A stretch of DNA of 64,000 bases, taken from an uncultured Gemmatimonadaceae bacterium (lineage in GTDB: Bacteria; Gemmatimonadota; Gemmatimonadetes; Gemmatimonadales; Gemmatimonadaceae). The notes under the pieces were generated by a model. That model had not been told where the DNA came from, searched no databases, and saw only the letters and a program-made list of their open reading frames with translations. The DNA lies in contig CAVXGK010000002.1 of the NCBI GenBank assembly GCA_963761305.1, positions 3,040,001 through 3,104,000 on the forward strand, written 5' to 3'. Positions 18,732-28,667 of the stretch are shown piece after piece. The position numbers and the translations under genes were made by a program. Every line of letters starts with the position of its first letter. Position 1 is the stretch's first letter.

Positions 18732-19979
18732 ATGATGAACAGACGGTCTTTCGTTTCGCGTTCGGCGACGACACTTGGCGCGATCGCGGCGGCGCGCACC
18801 GGCCGCTTCGACCTCCCGTCGCTCGCGGGCATCGCGCTGCAGGCAAAGCCGGCGCCCATCAGCGACGATGAGCGACGCGCGCGCATCGAGAAGGCGCGTC
18901 GCTTGATGGCGGAGAACGGCATCGACGCGATGTTCCTCGAGGGCGGGTCGAGCATGGTGTATTTCACCGGCGTGCACTGGGGGAACAGCGAGCGCACGTT
19001 CGGCGTCGTGATTCCGGCCAAGGGCGAGCTCGCGTGGGTGACGCCTGCGTTCGAGGAGGAGCGCGCCCGCGAGCTGATCAAGTTCTCGACCGACGTCCGC
19101 ACCTGGCAGGAAGACGAGAGTCCGTTCCAGGTGATCGCCGGCATTCTCAAGGACCGCGGCGTGACGAATGGGAAGGTCGGCATGGAGGAGCGCGTGCGCT
19201 TTTTCATCGCCGACGGCGTGCGTCAGCGCTTGTCCAGCGCGCAATACGTGACCGCCACGCCGGTGACGGCCGGCTGCCGCATGATCAAGTCGCCAGCCGA
19301 GATCGCGCTCATGCAGCACGCCAACGACATCACGCTCCAGGCGATCGGCGCGACGTTGAAGGCGCTCAAGCCTGGAATGACGCAGCACGACGTGGCGGCG
19401 AACGTCGCGTCGGTCACGCAGCGGCTCGGCGGCAACAGCGACGGCGCGCTCGTGATCTTCGGCAAGTACACGGCGTTCCCGCACGGCAGCATCCAACCGC
19501 AGACGTTGCGCGAGGGCGACGTCGTGCTCGTGGACGCCGGATGCACGGTGGACGGCTACACGTCGGACATCACGCGCACGACGGTGTTCGGCAAGGCGAC
19601 GCAGCGGCAGCGCGACGTGTGGGAGATCGAGAAGCGCGCCCAGAACGAGGCGTTCAAGGCGGCGCAAGTCGGCGCGCCGTGCGAGTCAGTCGACGCGGCC
19701 GCGCGAAAGGTGATTGCCGATGCCGGATTTGGTCCGGGGTACAAGGTGCCCGGCCTGCCGCATCGCACCGGGCACGGCATCGGCCTCGACGGGCACGAGT
19801 GGACGAACTTCGTGAAGGGGAACACCACGAAGATTCAACCCGGCATGTGCTTCAGCGACGAGCCGACGATCGCGATCTATGGCGAATTCGGCATTCGGCT
19901 CGAAGACTGCCTGCACATCACCGACAGCGGTCCGCAGATGTTCACGCCGCGGAGCCCGTCGATCGAACGGCCCGTCTAG
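18732..19979 (+). CDS. Xaa-Pro peptidase (M24 family), Tat-exported
   Basis: NRRSFV Tat motif; FPHG, DAGC, YTSDITRT, HRTGHGIGLDGHE, SDEP, GIRLED. Confidence 0.9.
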   Translation: MMNRRSFVSRSATTLGAIAAARTGRFDLPSLAGIALQAKPAPISDDERRARIEKARRLMAENGIDAMFLEGGSSMVYFTGVHWGNSERTFGVVIPAKGELAWVTPAFEEERARELIKFSTDVRTWQEDESPFQVIAGILKDRGVTNGKVGMEERVRFFIADGVRQRLSSAQYVTATPVTAGCRMIKSPAEIALMQHANDITLQAIGATLKALKPGMTQHDVAANVASVTQRLGGNSDGALVIFGKYTAFPHGSIQPQTLREGDVVLVDAGCTVDGYTSDITRTTVFGKATQRQRDVWEIEKRAQNEAFKAAQVGAPCESVDAAARKVIADAGFGPGYKVPGLPHRTGHGIGLDGHEWTNFVKGNTTKIQPGMCFSDEPTIAIYGEFGIRLEDCLHITDSGPQMFTPRSPSIERPV

Positions 19980-20693
19980 ACGCCACGAATCGCTGGACGA
20001 CGTTTGGACGGATGACTGGGGCGGCGTCAGCCCACCCGAAAACGGATGCGTCAGCCAGAAGTACGTCGTGTCGATGTGTCGCACGTACGCCAGCGTTTCG
20101 GTGTACTTCCAACTGTGAATGGTTGGAGCAACGCGCTCGATGCTCGCCCATGACGAGTCGCCGTACTTCGCGCTGGCCGCGGTGAACGCCTTGTAGATGT
20201 TTCCGGCACCGGCGTTGTAGCTGCCGAACATGAAGTGGTATCGGTTCGAATCCGGCACGAAGTGCCACCAGCTCCACAGCTTGCTGTTGTAGAAGATGCC
20301 ACCGGCGATGTTCCACTCGGGCTGATCGATCGGGCCGATTTCCGGGTGTTCCGAGTGGATTTCGCGGTAGGTCGTCGGCATCAGCTGCATCAGTCCGCGC
20401 GCGCCGACCCAGCTCACCGAGTTGGGATTGAGCGCGCTTTCTGCGTACGCCTGTGCCTTGAACCAGCGCCAGTCGAACGCCGGGCCAAAAAAACGTTTGG
20501 TGTATTTCTGGAAGCTGTCGTCGTAGCGGCTGGTCAGGCGCCCGTACTCTCGCGCCGCCGCCACCTCGGCGAACGTGGGGACGCGGCGCGCCGGCTGCGC
20601 CGGCGTAGCGACCGGCGCCACTTTGACCTGCGTGCCGCAAGTCGTCGTTGTCACGACGAGGGCCGCGATGGCTAACGCACGGCCCGTTCGCAT
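19686..20693 (-). CDS. Lytic transglycosylase (SLT domain, MltF-C-like), probable lipoprotein; 3' end uncertain
   Basis: DWRWFKAQAYAES (catalytic Glu), GARGLMQLMP, SYNAG, ETLAYV; SLT domain ends near 20060. As sequenced the ORF runs 294 bp into the convergent M24 gene; the true end is probably near 19976. Confidence 0.8.
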   Translation of the reverse strand: MRTGRALAIAALVVTTTTCGTQVKVAPVATPAQPARRVPTFAEVAAAREYGRLTSRYDDSFQKYTKRFFGPAFDWRWFKAQAYAESALNPNSVSWVGARGLMQLMPTTYREIHSEHPEIGPIDQPEWNIAGGIFYNSKLWSWWHFVPDSNRYHFMFGSYNAGAGNIYKAFTAASAKYGDSSWASIERVAPTIHSWKYTETLAYVRHIDTTYFWLTHPFSGGLTPPQSSVQTSSSDSWRLDGPFDRRAPRREHLRTAVGDVQAVFEPNAEFAIDRDRRLVAEAHAGLNLRGVPLHEVRPLVPVEADAVPGAMRQAGHLVPRTKSGIGNHLSRGRVD

Positions 20694-20711
20694 CGCCGTA
20701 GGGAGCGTCGA

Positions 20712-20915
20712 CTACCCGATCGCGTGACCGACGATCATCGCGATGGAGAGCCATAGCCCGGCGATGAAGATCGCCGCCGCGACGTTTCCTTTCTTCAGCT
20801 CCGTCGGGAGATCGACTTCGTGCAAGAGCTTGTCGATGATGCGAAAGCTCACATACATCAGCACCACGCCGCATACGGCGTAGAGCAGGTTCAGCGCAAA
20901 GATCCAGCCCTGCAC
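20712..20915 (-). CDS. DUF350-family small membrane protein
   Basis: 67 aa, two TM helices, 'IDKLLHEVDLPTELKKGNVAAAI' matches the DUF350 pattern. Confidence 0.75.
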   Translation of the reverse strand: MQGWIFALNLLYAVCGVVLMYVSFRIIDKLLHEVDLPTELKKGNVAAAIFIAGLWLSIAMIVGHAIG

Positions 20916-20966
20916 GGATCGCCTCGTCGAGTGTCGTTGTGCCCGTTCGGCGCCACACTCAGACGA

Positions 20967-21006
20967 GGGGCTGCCCAGAGCGATGTCATTCGCTTGGGCA
21001 AGCCCC
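20967..21006. terminator. Stem-loop downstream of the tricorn gene
   Basis: ggggctgcccagagcga / tcgcttgggcaagcccc near-perfect inverted repeat. Confidence 0.45.
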
Positions 21007-21061
21007 GGGCCGCATCAGGAGCGCGTCGTCGAGGCGACGCTCATCGGACCCGCCGCCGGCC

Positions 21062-24000
21062 TCAGGCCGGCGGCTTCACGCGCGCGCCCCACGTCGGCGG
21101 CGGCGGTTCCTTCGTGGCGCGTTGCACCGGATGATCCTTGAGCTGCTGCAGCGCGACGGCGACCGCCCGCTCGAGCTGCGGATCGTGTCCGGCGATCACT
21201 TCCTTGGGCGTGTTCTCGATCGGCGATGTCGGGCGGCGTCCCTTCGTTCTCGACCGCCCACTTCTCGTCGCGGGCGAAGAAGCCGCCGCGCGGCGCGATC
21301 GCCGAACCGCCGTCGATGAACGGCGGCGTGTCGGCCGTGTGGACGAGACCGCCCCACGTCCGTTCACCGACCAGCGTGCCAATCTTGCGATAGTGGAACA
21401 TGTACGGCATCAGGTCGCCGCCCGAGCCGGCCATTTCGTTGATCACCATCACCTTCGGTCCCCAGATCCCGGCCGCGGGACTCGTGAACGGCATGCGGTC
21501 GCCGGCGACGTTGTTGAAGTAGCCGTCGAAGTCGCGCTGGAGCACGTCGATGATGTAGTCCGCCGCCTGGCCGCCGCTGTTGTACCGCTCGTCGATGATC
21601 GCGCCCTTGCGATCCTGTTGCGAGAAGTAGTAGCGGTTGAAGTACTGATAGCCCGGCCCGCGCGGTGCTCGGCAGATACACGTACGCCAACTGGCCGTGC
21701 GACAGCGAGTCGACGAGACGACGGCTGTCTTCGACCCACGCGCGTGAGCGCAGCGTCTGCTCGTTGGCGATCGGCACGACCGTCACGTGCCGCGCGCCGT
21801 CGACCGTCGGCGTGGCGTTGACGACGAGCGCCGTCTGTCGATTCGCCGTACCGTCGAGCAGCCGGTAGATGTTGTCGGGCGCCTTCAGATCCTGCCCGTT
21901 GATCGACAGGACGTAGTCGCCGACGCGCACGTCGACGCCCGGCGCGGCGAGCGGCGCCCGCAGATCCGGATTCCACTCCTCGTCGTCGTAGATGCGCGTG
22001 ATCTTGTAGCGGCCGTTCTCAATCGCGAAGTCCGCGCCGAGCAGTCCGGCCGGCGCGCCGTTCTGCACCTCCGGCATGTCGCCGCCGCGCACGAACGAGT
22101 GGCCGATCGCGATCTCGGCGCCCATCTGGTCGATCAGATAATTCAAATCGGCGCGGTGGTTCACGTACGGCAGGAGCGCGCCGTACATCTCTTTCATCTT
22201 CGGCCAGTCGGCGCCGTGCTCGTTGGTGACGTAGAGGTAGTCGCGCTGGTTTCGCCACGCCTCGTCGAAGATCTGTTTGAACTCGAGCTTGGGATCGATG
22301 TAGGCGCGCAAATCGTCGGTCACGCGACCCTGCCCGGCCTGCGGCGGCGCACGATCCGCGTCGACGACGAAGATCTGTGGGCCGTTGCCTCCTGCCGCTC
22401 CGCCACGTCCACCGCGACCGCCCCCGCCGCCGCCCGCGCGATACACGAGCTTGTGGCCGTCGAGGCTCACGTCATAGCCCGCGACGCCGGTCGCGAATGG
22501 GACGTCGCGCCGGTCGCGCAGTGTGTAGCGATGAAGCGTCGCGCCGCCGCCCGCGCCCGCCGCACCGCGACCACCACCGCCGCCGGCTTCGACGTAGAAC
22601 ACGGTGCCCGCCGCGCCCGCGTGCAGGTTGCTGTACTGCCGCTCCGGAATTCCCGGGACGGCGAGGATACGATGCGAGAGCCCGTCGAAATCGATCGTCA
22701 CGGTCGGCATCGCGGCACGCGGCGCGCGTGGCGCCGCCTGCTCGCCACCTGCGGCGCTGTCGGCACCGGCCGCGCCTCCACCGCCACCCCGACCACCGCG
22801 GCCGCCGCCGCCACCACCAAAGGCCGGCGCGGCGGGCGTTCCATTCTCCTCATCGCTTTCCGGGAGGAACGGCGACGGATCGCTCTTGCGCAGAATCGCG
22901 GCGTAGAGACCGAACGTTTCCGTGTGGTCGGCGTTCGACATGTCGAGCCACTGCGAGCGCAGACCGAAATCGGTCGACGCGATGAACCAGAGATACTTGC
23001 CGCTCGCGTCCCACGCCGGCGACTCCACGTCGGCGAGTCCATCGGTTACCTGCTTCGACGCGCCCGTCTCGACGTTCACCACTTCGATCGCCTTGTACAG
23101 AGTATTCAGATGCTTGGCATAGGCGATCCACTTTCCGTCCGGCGACCACACCGGATCCATCGTGCGCGTCGGCACCATCCACGGATCGTTGCCGACGATC
23201 TTCGCCGTGCCCGCCGCCACGTCCACCACCCACAGATGCAGGTTCGTGTCGTGGAACAGGATATGTTTTCCGTCGGGCGACCACGACGCGGTATAGAAGT
23301 GGCCCGTCGTGGGAATCTTGATCTCGCGCGGCGTCGTCAGGCCGTCCTGGTCGACGATGTACAGCTCGTACTCGCCCGACTTGTCGCTGAAGTAGGAGAG
23401 CTGCTTGCCGTCCGGCGACCAGGCCGGCTCACGCTCGGCCGAGCCGCTCGAGTTCGTGATGTCGCGAACGTCGCCCTTCTCGGCGGGAATGGTGAAGATC
23501 TCGCCGCGCGCTTCGACGGCGATCCGCTTGCCCGTCGGCGAGAGCGCCATGTTCGTCATGTTGGCGGTGACGTCCTTCCACTGCGCCATCATCCACGGAA
23601 AGTCACCCGTCGCTGTGATGTTGACGACGTGCTCCTGGCCGCTCTTCGGGTCGAGCAGGTGAATGTTGCCTGCCTGCTCGAAGACGACGGCGCTGCCGTC
23701 GCTGGCCGCATCGAGCGTCTTCACGTCGTAGTCCGTGAAGTGCGTCACCTGCGTGAGCTTCTTCGAGGCGCGATCGAAGCTCCATACGTTGGAGACGCCG
23801 TCACGATCGGAGGCGAAGTCCACCACGCTGTTGTTGACCCACACCGGATCCATGTTCTTCGACTCCGGAACCGATGGCGCCGAGAAGTGCGCCGATCCAC
23901 GAGGCGATCCCGCCTGGGCGACGACGAGATCGGTCGTCACGTTCGGTGTCGAATCGAGATCGAACGTCTTGAGGTCGACGATCCAGATCGGGCGATTCTG

Positions 24001-24570
24001 ACCGCCGCGGTAGTTGCGGCGCTCTTCGTCCCACGAGTTGTTCATGCGGTAAGCGAGAAACCTTCCGTCGGGCGAGATCTTCCCCTGATACGCGCGCGGA
24101 AGCGGCATCGGGGTTTCGACTCCGCCTTCGACCGGAATCGTCCAGAATCGCGGCACCGCGCTGGGCGCTTGGCTCGCGCGCGACGACGCGAAGACGATCG
24201 ACTTGCCGTCGGGCGTCCAACCCTGCACTTCGTCGGCGCCGGGATGCCAGGTGAGTCGCTTCGGCTCACCGCCTTCGGCGGCCACGACGTAGACGTCGAC
24301 GTTGCCACCGTATTGGGCGCTGAAGGCAATCAACTTGCCGTCGGGCGAGAACTTCGGGTTCTCGGTCGTGCCTTGGAAGCTCGTGATGCGGCGAGCCATG
24401 CCGCCGCTCTTGTCGACTACCCAGATGTTGTTCGCGTAGGCGAACGCGATCTGAGTCTTGCTCACGGTCGGCGTGCGGAGCATGCGCGTCTGCGCGTGGG
24501 CGATGTCGGCCGAGGCGAAGACGGCAGATGCCGCCAGCGAGGCCACAAAAACCGGGGAGTTGCGACGCAT
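21062..24570 (-). CDS. Tricorn protease homologue (S41; propellers + PDZ + catalytic domain), secreted; two apparent +1 frameshifts near 21660 and 21222
   Basis: Signal peptide; repeated WSPDG propeller blades; GLLGADF/PDZ; after the first shift 'GYQYFNRYYF..IIDERYNSGG..INEMAGSGGD..GERTWGG..ENEGTPPD'; after the second 'IENTPKEVIAGHDPQLERAV' to TGA 21062. Confidence 0.88.
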
Positions 24571-24707
24571 AGGTCTGGGGAAAGGGACACGTAAGCATCG
24601 CCTGCGTACCTCGGCGCGTCCAGAGTAAGAAAGCCAACGGGTGGAACGCATTTGCGCCCCACCCGGTGACCCCCGTCCCTCTGGCAACGAATCAGGCTGC
24701 GGCCGGC

Positions 24708-25667
24708 TTAGTTCGCGGCCGAAACGTCGAACGAAATCACATTAAGGGTGCCGAGCGTCTGTTTGAGGTTCGTCACCCGCAGTTTCCAGGTTCCGTTCGC
24801 GTTGATCTGGTAGCTGACGCCGCAGATGAACGGCTGGGTGACGTTGCTGAACGACTTGGATGCGACGACCGCGCCCGACGGATTGATGAGCTCGACCTTG
24901 AATTGCGGCGGATTCGTCGCCCCGCCACCGAGCAGATCTGTTACCGGGGACACGCCGACGAGAACCGGGAACGTGCTGGCTTGAAAGTTCGAAATGATGA
25001 ATGAAATCGTCTTGTCGGATTTGACCGGAATCACGAGCGGCGCCGACGACGACGGCTTCGAACTGGCGGTGTTCTCGGCCTGAGTTGGAACCGACAGCGC
25101 CGCGAGCGTGCCGAAGCTCCGGCAGAATCCCTTCAGGCTGTCGATGGCGTCGCCGAGCTTGGCCTCCACTTTGTAGAGCGCCTGGGCGTCTGGACACTGG
25201 AGGAATTGGCGCGATCCACCGTCGCCTCCCGCGTTGATGTTCACCCAGCTTTCGGCTTGCGTCGCGTCGAGGCAGTCGCCGGTGTTCAGCCGGTCGATGA
25301 ACGTCCCCGCGTACAGTTCCACGCTCGTCACGACCCGCGAGCTCGGGCAGTTCTCGGAGCCATTGCTGACGTTGACCTGTGCCGCCTGTCCGGCGACCGC
25401 CTCGGCCGTCTGGAAGGTTGAGTTTCCCGGTGTCGTGCCGTTGAAGGTGCGGCACGTGAACTTCACGCGGCGCAGGAGGTTGAACCCGAACGGGTTGTCC
25501 CGCCCTCCGGTCGCTGTGATCCCGACGATGTAGGCGTTGGATCCGCAGTCCATCTCCACGGTGCGGTTCCCTCCTGAGCCGCCGACTCGCGCGGTCTCGC
25601 TCATCGTCGCGGTGACGGCGCCGAACAGGACGGCGCCGGCTGCGATGATTCTGGTAGCGGTTTCCAT
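24708..25667 (-). CDS. Secreted hypothetical protein with threefold Cys-paired beta-prism (jacalin/VMO-I-like) repeat and C-terminal beta-sandwich
   Basis: Hydrophobic N-terminus; GGSGG and GGDGG motifs; three C-x(23-30)-C repeats; C-terminal 'LINPSG...NGTWKLRVTN' resembles PPC-type domains. Confidence 0.55.
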   Translation of the reverse strand: METATRIIAAGAVLFGAVTATMSETARVGGSGGNRTVEMDCGSNAYIVGITATGGRDNPFGFNLLRRVKFTCRTFNGTTPGNSTFQTAEAVAGQAAQVNVSNGSENCPSSRVVTSVELYAGTFIDRLNTGDCLDATQAESWVNINAGGDGGSRQFLQCPDAQALYKVEAKLGDAIDSLKGFCRSFGTLAALSVPTQAENTASSKPSSSAPLVIPVKSDKTISFIISNFQASTFPVLVGVSPVTDLLGGGATNPPQFKVELINPSGAVVASKSFSNVTQPFICGVSYQINANGTWKLRVTNLKQTLGTLNVISFDVSAAN

Positions 25668-25763
25668 GGTGATCTCGCGTTGAGGAGTGTTTCCGCGAGT
25701 AGGAACGCGGCCAGCGAGGCGGGATTCTCACGCGAGCCCGTCCTTTTCAGTACTTTTGGCACC

Positions 25764-26615
25764 ATGGCGCACATCGAGAACGTCTCCGACACCGCCCGCT
25801 GGGTGGCGGTCTACCGCGCCATGGAAACGGCTCGGCCGGACGCGATCTTTCGGGATCCGTACGCGGGGCGCCTGGCCGGCGAGAAGGGCGAGGCGATCGT
25901 CGACGCGATGAAGCGCGGCCGGCAGATGGCGTGGGCGATGATCGTCCGTACGGCCGTGTTCGACGAGATCATCCAAGCCCAGATCCGCGCCGGCGTCGAT
26001 CAGGTCGTGAATCTGGCCGCGGGACTCGACGCGCGGCCATGGCGGATGAAGCTCCCAGCCGACCTTCGCTGGACCGACGTCGACCTACCGGGAATTCTCG
26101 ACTACAAGCTCGAGACGATGCGCGGCGAGACACCGGTCTGCCACTACGACGCCGTGCGCGCGGACCTGCGCGAACCGGCGGTTCGCGCCGAATTGTTCAG
26201 CAGGCTCGGCGGGCAGTCGCGGCGCACGCTGGTCGTGACGGAAGGTCTGCTCATCTATCTCACCTCCGAGCAGGTCGGCGCGCTCGCCGCCGATCTGCAC
26301 CGCCCGGCAAGCTTTCACTCGTGGCTGATCGACCTCGCGCGCCCGGAGCTGCTCGCCATGATGCAGCGGTTCTGGGGCAAGTCGATGGGCAACGTGAACG
26401 CGCCGTTCCAATTCGCCCCGCCGGAGAACACGAAGTTCTTCGAGCCGTTCGGCTGGCGCGAAGTCGAATTCCGGTCGTCGATGGACGAAGCGCAGCGGCT
26501 TCACCGCGAGATGTCCATGATGTGGCTGTGGCGGCTGCTCGGCCGGCTTCGCTCGGCCAAGGTTCGTGAGAACTTCAAGCGGTTTTCTGGAATCGTGTTG
26601 TTCGATCGGAGCTAG
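25764..26615 (+). CDS. SAM-dependent methyltransferase (leucine carboxyl methyltransferase-like family)
   Basis: VSDTARWVAVYRA, FRDPYA, NLAAGLDARPWR, DVDLP, TEGLLIYL. Confidence 0.88.
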   Translation: MAHIENVSDTARWVAVYRAMETARPDAIFRDPYAGRLAGEKGEAIVDAMKRGRQMAWAMIVRTAVFDEIIQAQIRAGVDQVVNLAAGLDARPWRMKLPADLRWTDVDLPGILDYKLETMRGETPVCHYDAVRADLREPAVRAELFSRLGGQSRRTLVVTEGLLIYLTSEQVGALAADLHRPASFHSWLIDLARPELLAMMQRFWGKSMGNVNAPFQFAPPENTKFFEPFGWREVEFRSSMDEAQRLHREMSMMWLWRLLGRLRSAKVRENFKRFSGIVLFDRS

Positions 26616-26646
26616 ACTCTCTCACATTCTGCCAGGAGGCAGGCGC

Positions 26647-27163
26647 ATGCAGCCGACGATGATTGTGTTGCGTCTTTTTCATATTTTTTCGGGGGTGCTC
26701 TGGGTCGGGCGGCGTCGCGATGACGACGTGGTTCGTCGTTCCGTCGGTACAGGGCGCCGGGCCCGCCGGCGGCGGCGTCATGAAGTTCCTGCTCGTGAAC
26801 ACGAAGTTCGGCCCGTATTTCCCGTCGCTCGCCGGACTCACCATGCTTTCGGGAATCCTCATGTATTGGCGAGACGCGGCCGGCTCGAACGGCGCCTTCT
26901 ACTCCTCGCACATGGGCATCACGCTTGGCATCGGTGGGCTCGCCGGCCTGGTCGGCATGATCTACGGCGGTGCGGTGGTCGGCCGCGCCGCCTCGGGCAT
27001 GGCGACGCTGATGCGCGCGATGGACGCGCAAGGCGCTCCGCCTTCGCCGGACCAGATGGCCAAGCTCATGGCCTTGCGCGAGAAGGTGACCTCGGGCGCG
27101 AGAGTCGTGCTGCCGGTGCTCCTCATCGCCGTCGTTGCGATGTCCGTCGCGCGCTACGTCTGA
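26647..27163 (+). CDS. Four-TM membrane protein of unknown function; apparent +1 frameshift at about 26707-26709
   Basis: RBS aggagg + ATG 26647 gives MQPTMIVLRLFHIFSGVLWVG, which continues as GVAMTTWFVVP...AMSVARYV only if one G of GGG at 26707-26709 is removed. Confidence 0.7.
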
Positions 27164-27192
27164 TCCGCATCCCTCCACCCGAGGATACCCGA

Positions 27193-28626
27193 ATGATTCG
27201 ATGGCGATGGTGCGCCGCGCTCCTGCTGGCCGGCGCAGGGTCGGTTGCCGTCGCGCAAGAGACGCCGACGGAACGTGATGCCGCGCGCGACGTCGTCCAC
27301 AAGCTCGATTCGCTCGAGAAGGCGCTCAACCTCCCGGCGCTCGTCGCCAAACTCACCGGGCCGAACGCGGCCCGCGACCAGGTCGCCGCGCGCGCCAAGG
27401 AGCTGATGGACACCGAGCTGCTCGCGATGGGCGACGACATCACGCGGCATCCTGAGATCGGATTCGAGGAGAAACGGTCGGTCCAGATCCTGACCGACTA
27501 TCTCAAGAAACACGACTTCACGGTACAGATGGGAACGCCCGGTCTCCCGACCGCGTTCATCGCCCGCTACACGAAATCGACCGGCTCACCGAACCTCGGC
27601 GTCATCCTCGAGTACGACGCGCTGCGCGGTACGAAGGGCGCGTTCCACGGCGATCAACACAGCACCCAAGGGCCGATCGGCATCGCGGCCGCCGTGGCGA
27701 TTGCCGAGTATCTCTCGAAGACGAAGACGCCGGGAACGGTGACCGTGTTCGGCACGCCCGGCGAAGAGATGATGCCGCCGAACGCGAAGACGGTGATGTT
27801 CACCTCGCACGTTTTCGACGGCGTGGACATTCTCGTCCGCAGTCATTCGACGATGGTCACGAGCCGGCCGGCGGCGGGCTTCGGGACGTGCTGCATGAAC
27901 ATCGACGGCGTGAAGTACACGTTCAGCGGCGCGCCTGCGCACCAACTCACGGCGTGGAACGGCCGCAACGCGCTCACGGCGGTCATCCACCTGTTCGACA
28001 ACATCGACGGGCTGCGGAGCAACATGCGGCCCGAGGCGCGCATCCAAGGCGTGATCACCGAAGGCGGCGCGGCGCCGAATGTCGTGCCCGACAAGACGGC
28101 CGCGGATTTCTACGTCCGCTATCCCGACGAGGTGTACCTCGCGCAAGAGCTGCAGCTGGTGGATGACGCGGCGCGCGCCGCGGCGTTGGCGACCGGCACC
28201 AAGGTCAAGATCGACCATTACGGCGAGAGTCGCGACGGCGTGAGCATCGGCTCCATCAACGAAGTCGCGTTCGGGTATCTCAAGAAATACGGCGGCCAGA
28301 ACGTGCAGCCAGAACCGGGCAAGCCGCAGGGCTACGAGGAGACCGGCAGCGTGTCGAGCGCGGTCCCGGGCGGCGAATTCAGCGCCATGACTTCCACCGC
28401 GCCGAATCACACCTACGAGATGTTGGCCGACGCGACGTCACCGGTTGGACATCGCGGCTTCGTCACCGACGCGCAGGCGATGGCCGCGCTGCTGTATGAT
28501 TTCGCGACGCGATCCGATTATCGCGCGATGGTCAAGCGCGAGTTCGACACCATCCACGCGCTCCACGCCGAGTACCTCGAGGACCTCAAGAAAGTGTACG
28601 TGGTTCCGAAGGTGCCGGAGCCGTAG
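27193..28626 (+). CDS. M20-family amidohydrolase/peptidase with dimerisation domain, secreted
   Basis: RBS gagg; signal peptide; HPEIGFEE, EYDAL, GTPGEE, GRNAL, GGAAPNVVPD, PNHT. Confidence 0.85.
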   Translation: MIRWRWCAALLLAGAGSVAVAQETPTERDAARDVVHKLDSLEKALNLPALVAKLTGPNAARDQVAARAKELMDTELLAMGDDITRHPEIGFEEKRSVQILTDYLKKHDFTVQMGTPGLPTAFIARYTKSTGSPNLGVILEYDALRGTKGAFHGDQHSTQGPIGIAAAVAIAEYLSKTKTPGTVTVFGTPGEEMMPPNAKTVMFTSHVFDGVDILVRSHSTMVTSRPAAGFGTCCMNIDGVKYTFSGAPAHQLTAWNGRNALTAVIHLFDNIDGLRSNMRPEARIQGVITEGGAAPNVVPDKTAADFYVRYPDEVYLAQELQLVDDAARAAALATGTKVKIDHYGESRDGVSIGSINEVAFGYLKKYGGQNVQPEPGKPQGYEETGSVSSAVPGGEFSAMTSTAPNHTYEMLADATSPVGHRGFVTDAQAMAALLYDFATRSDYRAMVKREFDTIHALHAEYLEDLKKVYVVPKVPEP

Positions 28627-28667
28627 GGTCAGCTCATTCGCGCGCGAGTCTCGAGGGCGGTCAGCAA

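Noticed and set aside
19686..20915. Prophage lysis cassette
   Set aside because: No integrase, structural or replication phage genes nearby; composition matches the host.
21062..24570. Programmed ribosomal frameshifting or phase variation in tricorn
   Set aside because: No slippery heptamer or long homopolymer at either site; several independent +1 events in the window point to sequencing error.
21787..24594. 935-aa plus-strand ORF, and similar long antisense ORFs (1744..3504, 46548..48332, 51181..53193, 53166..55031, 57463..59409)
   Set aside because: Shadow ORFs opposite well-supported genes; expected in high-GC DNA; Arg/Ala-rich with no motifs.
26566..28626. 686-aa fusion ORF
   Set aside because: Artefact of the frameshift at about 26708; the M20 gene has its own RBS, ATG (27193) and signal peptide.
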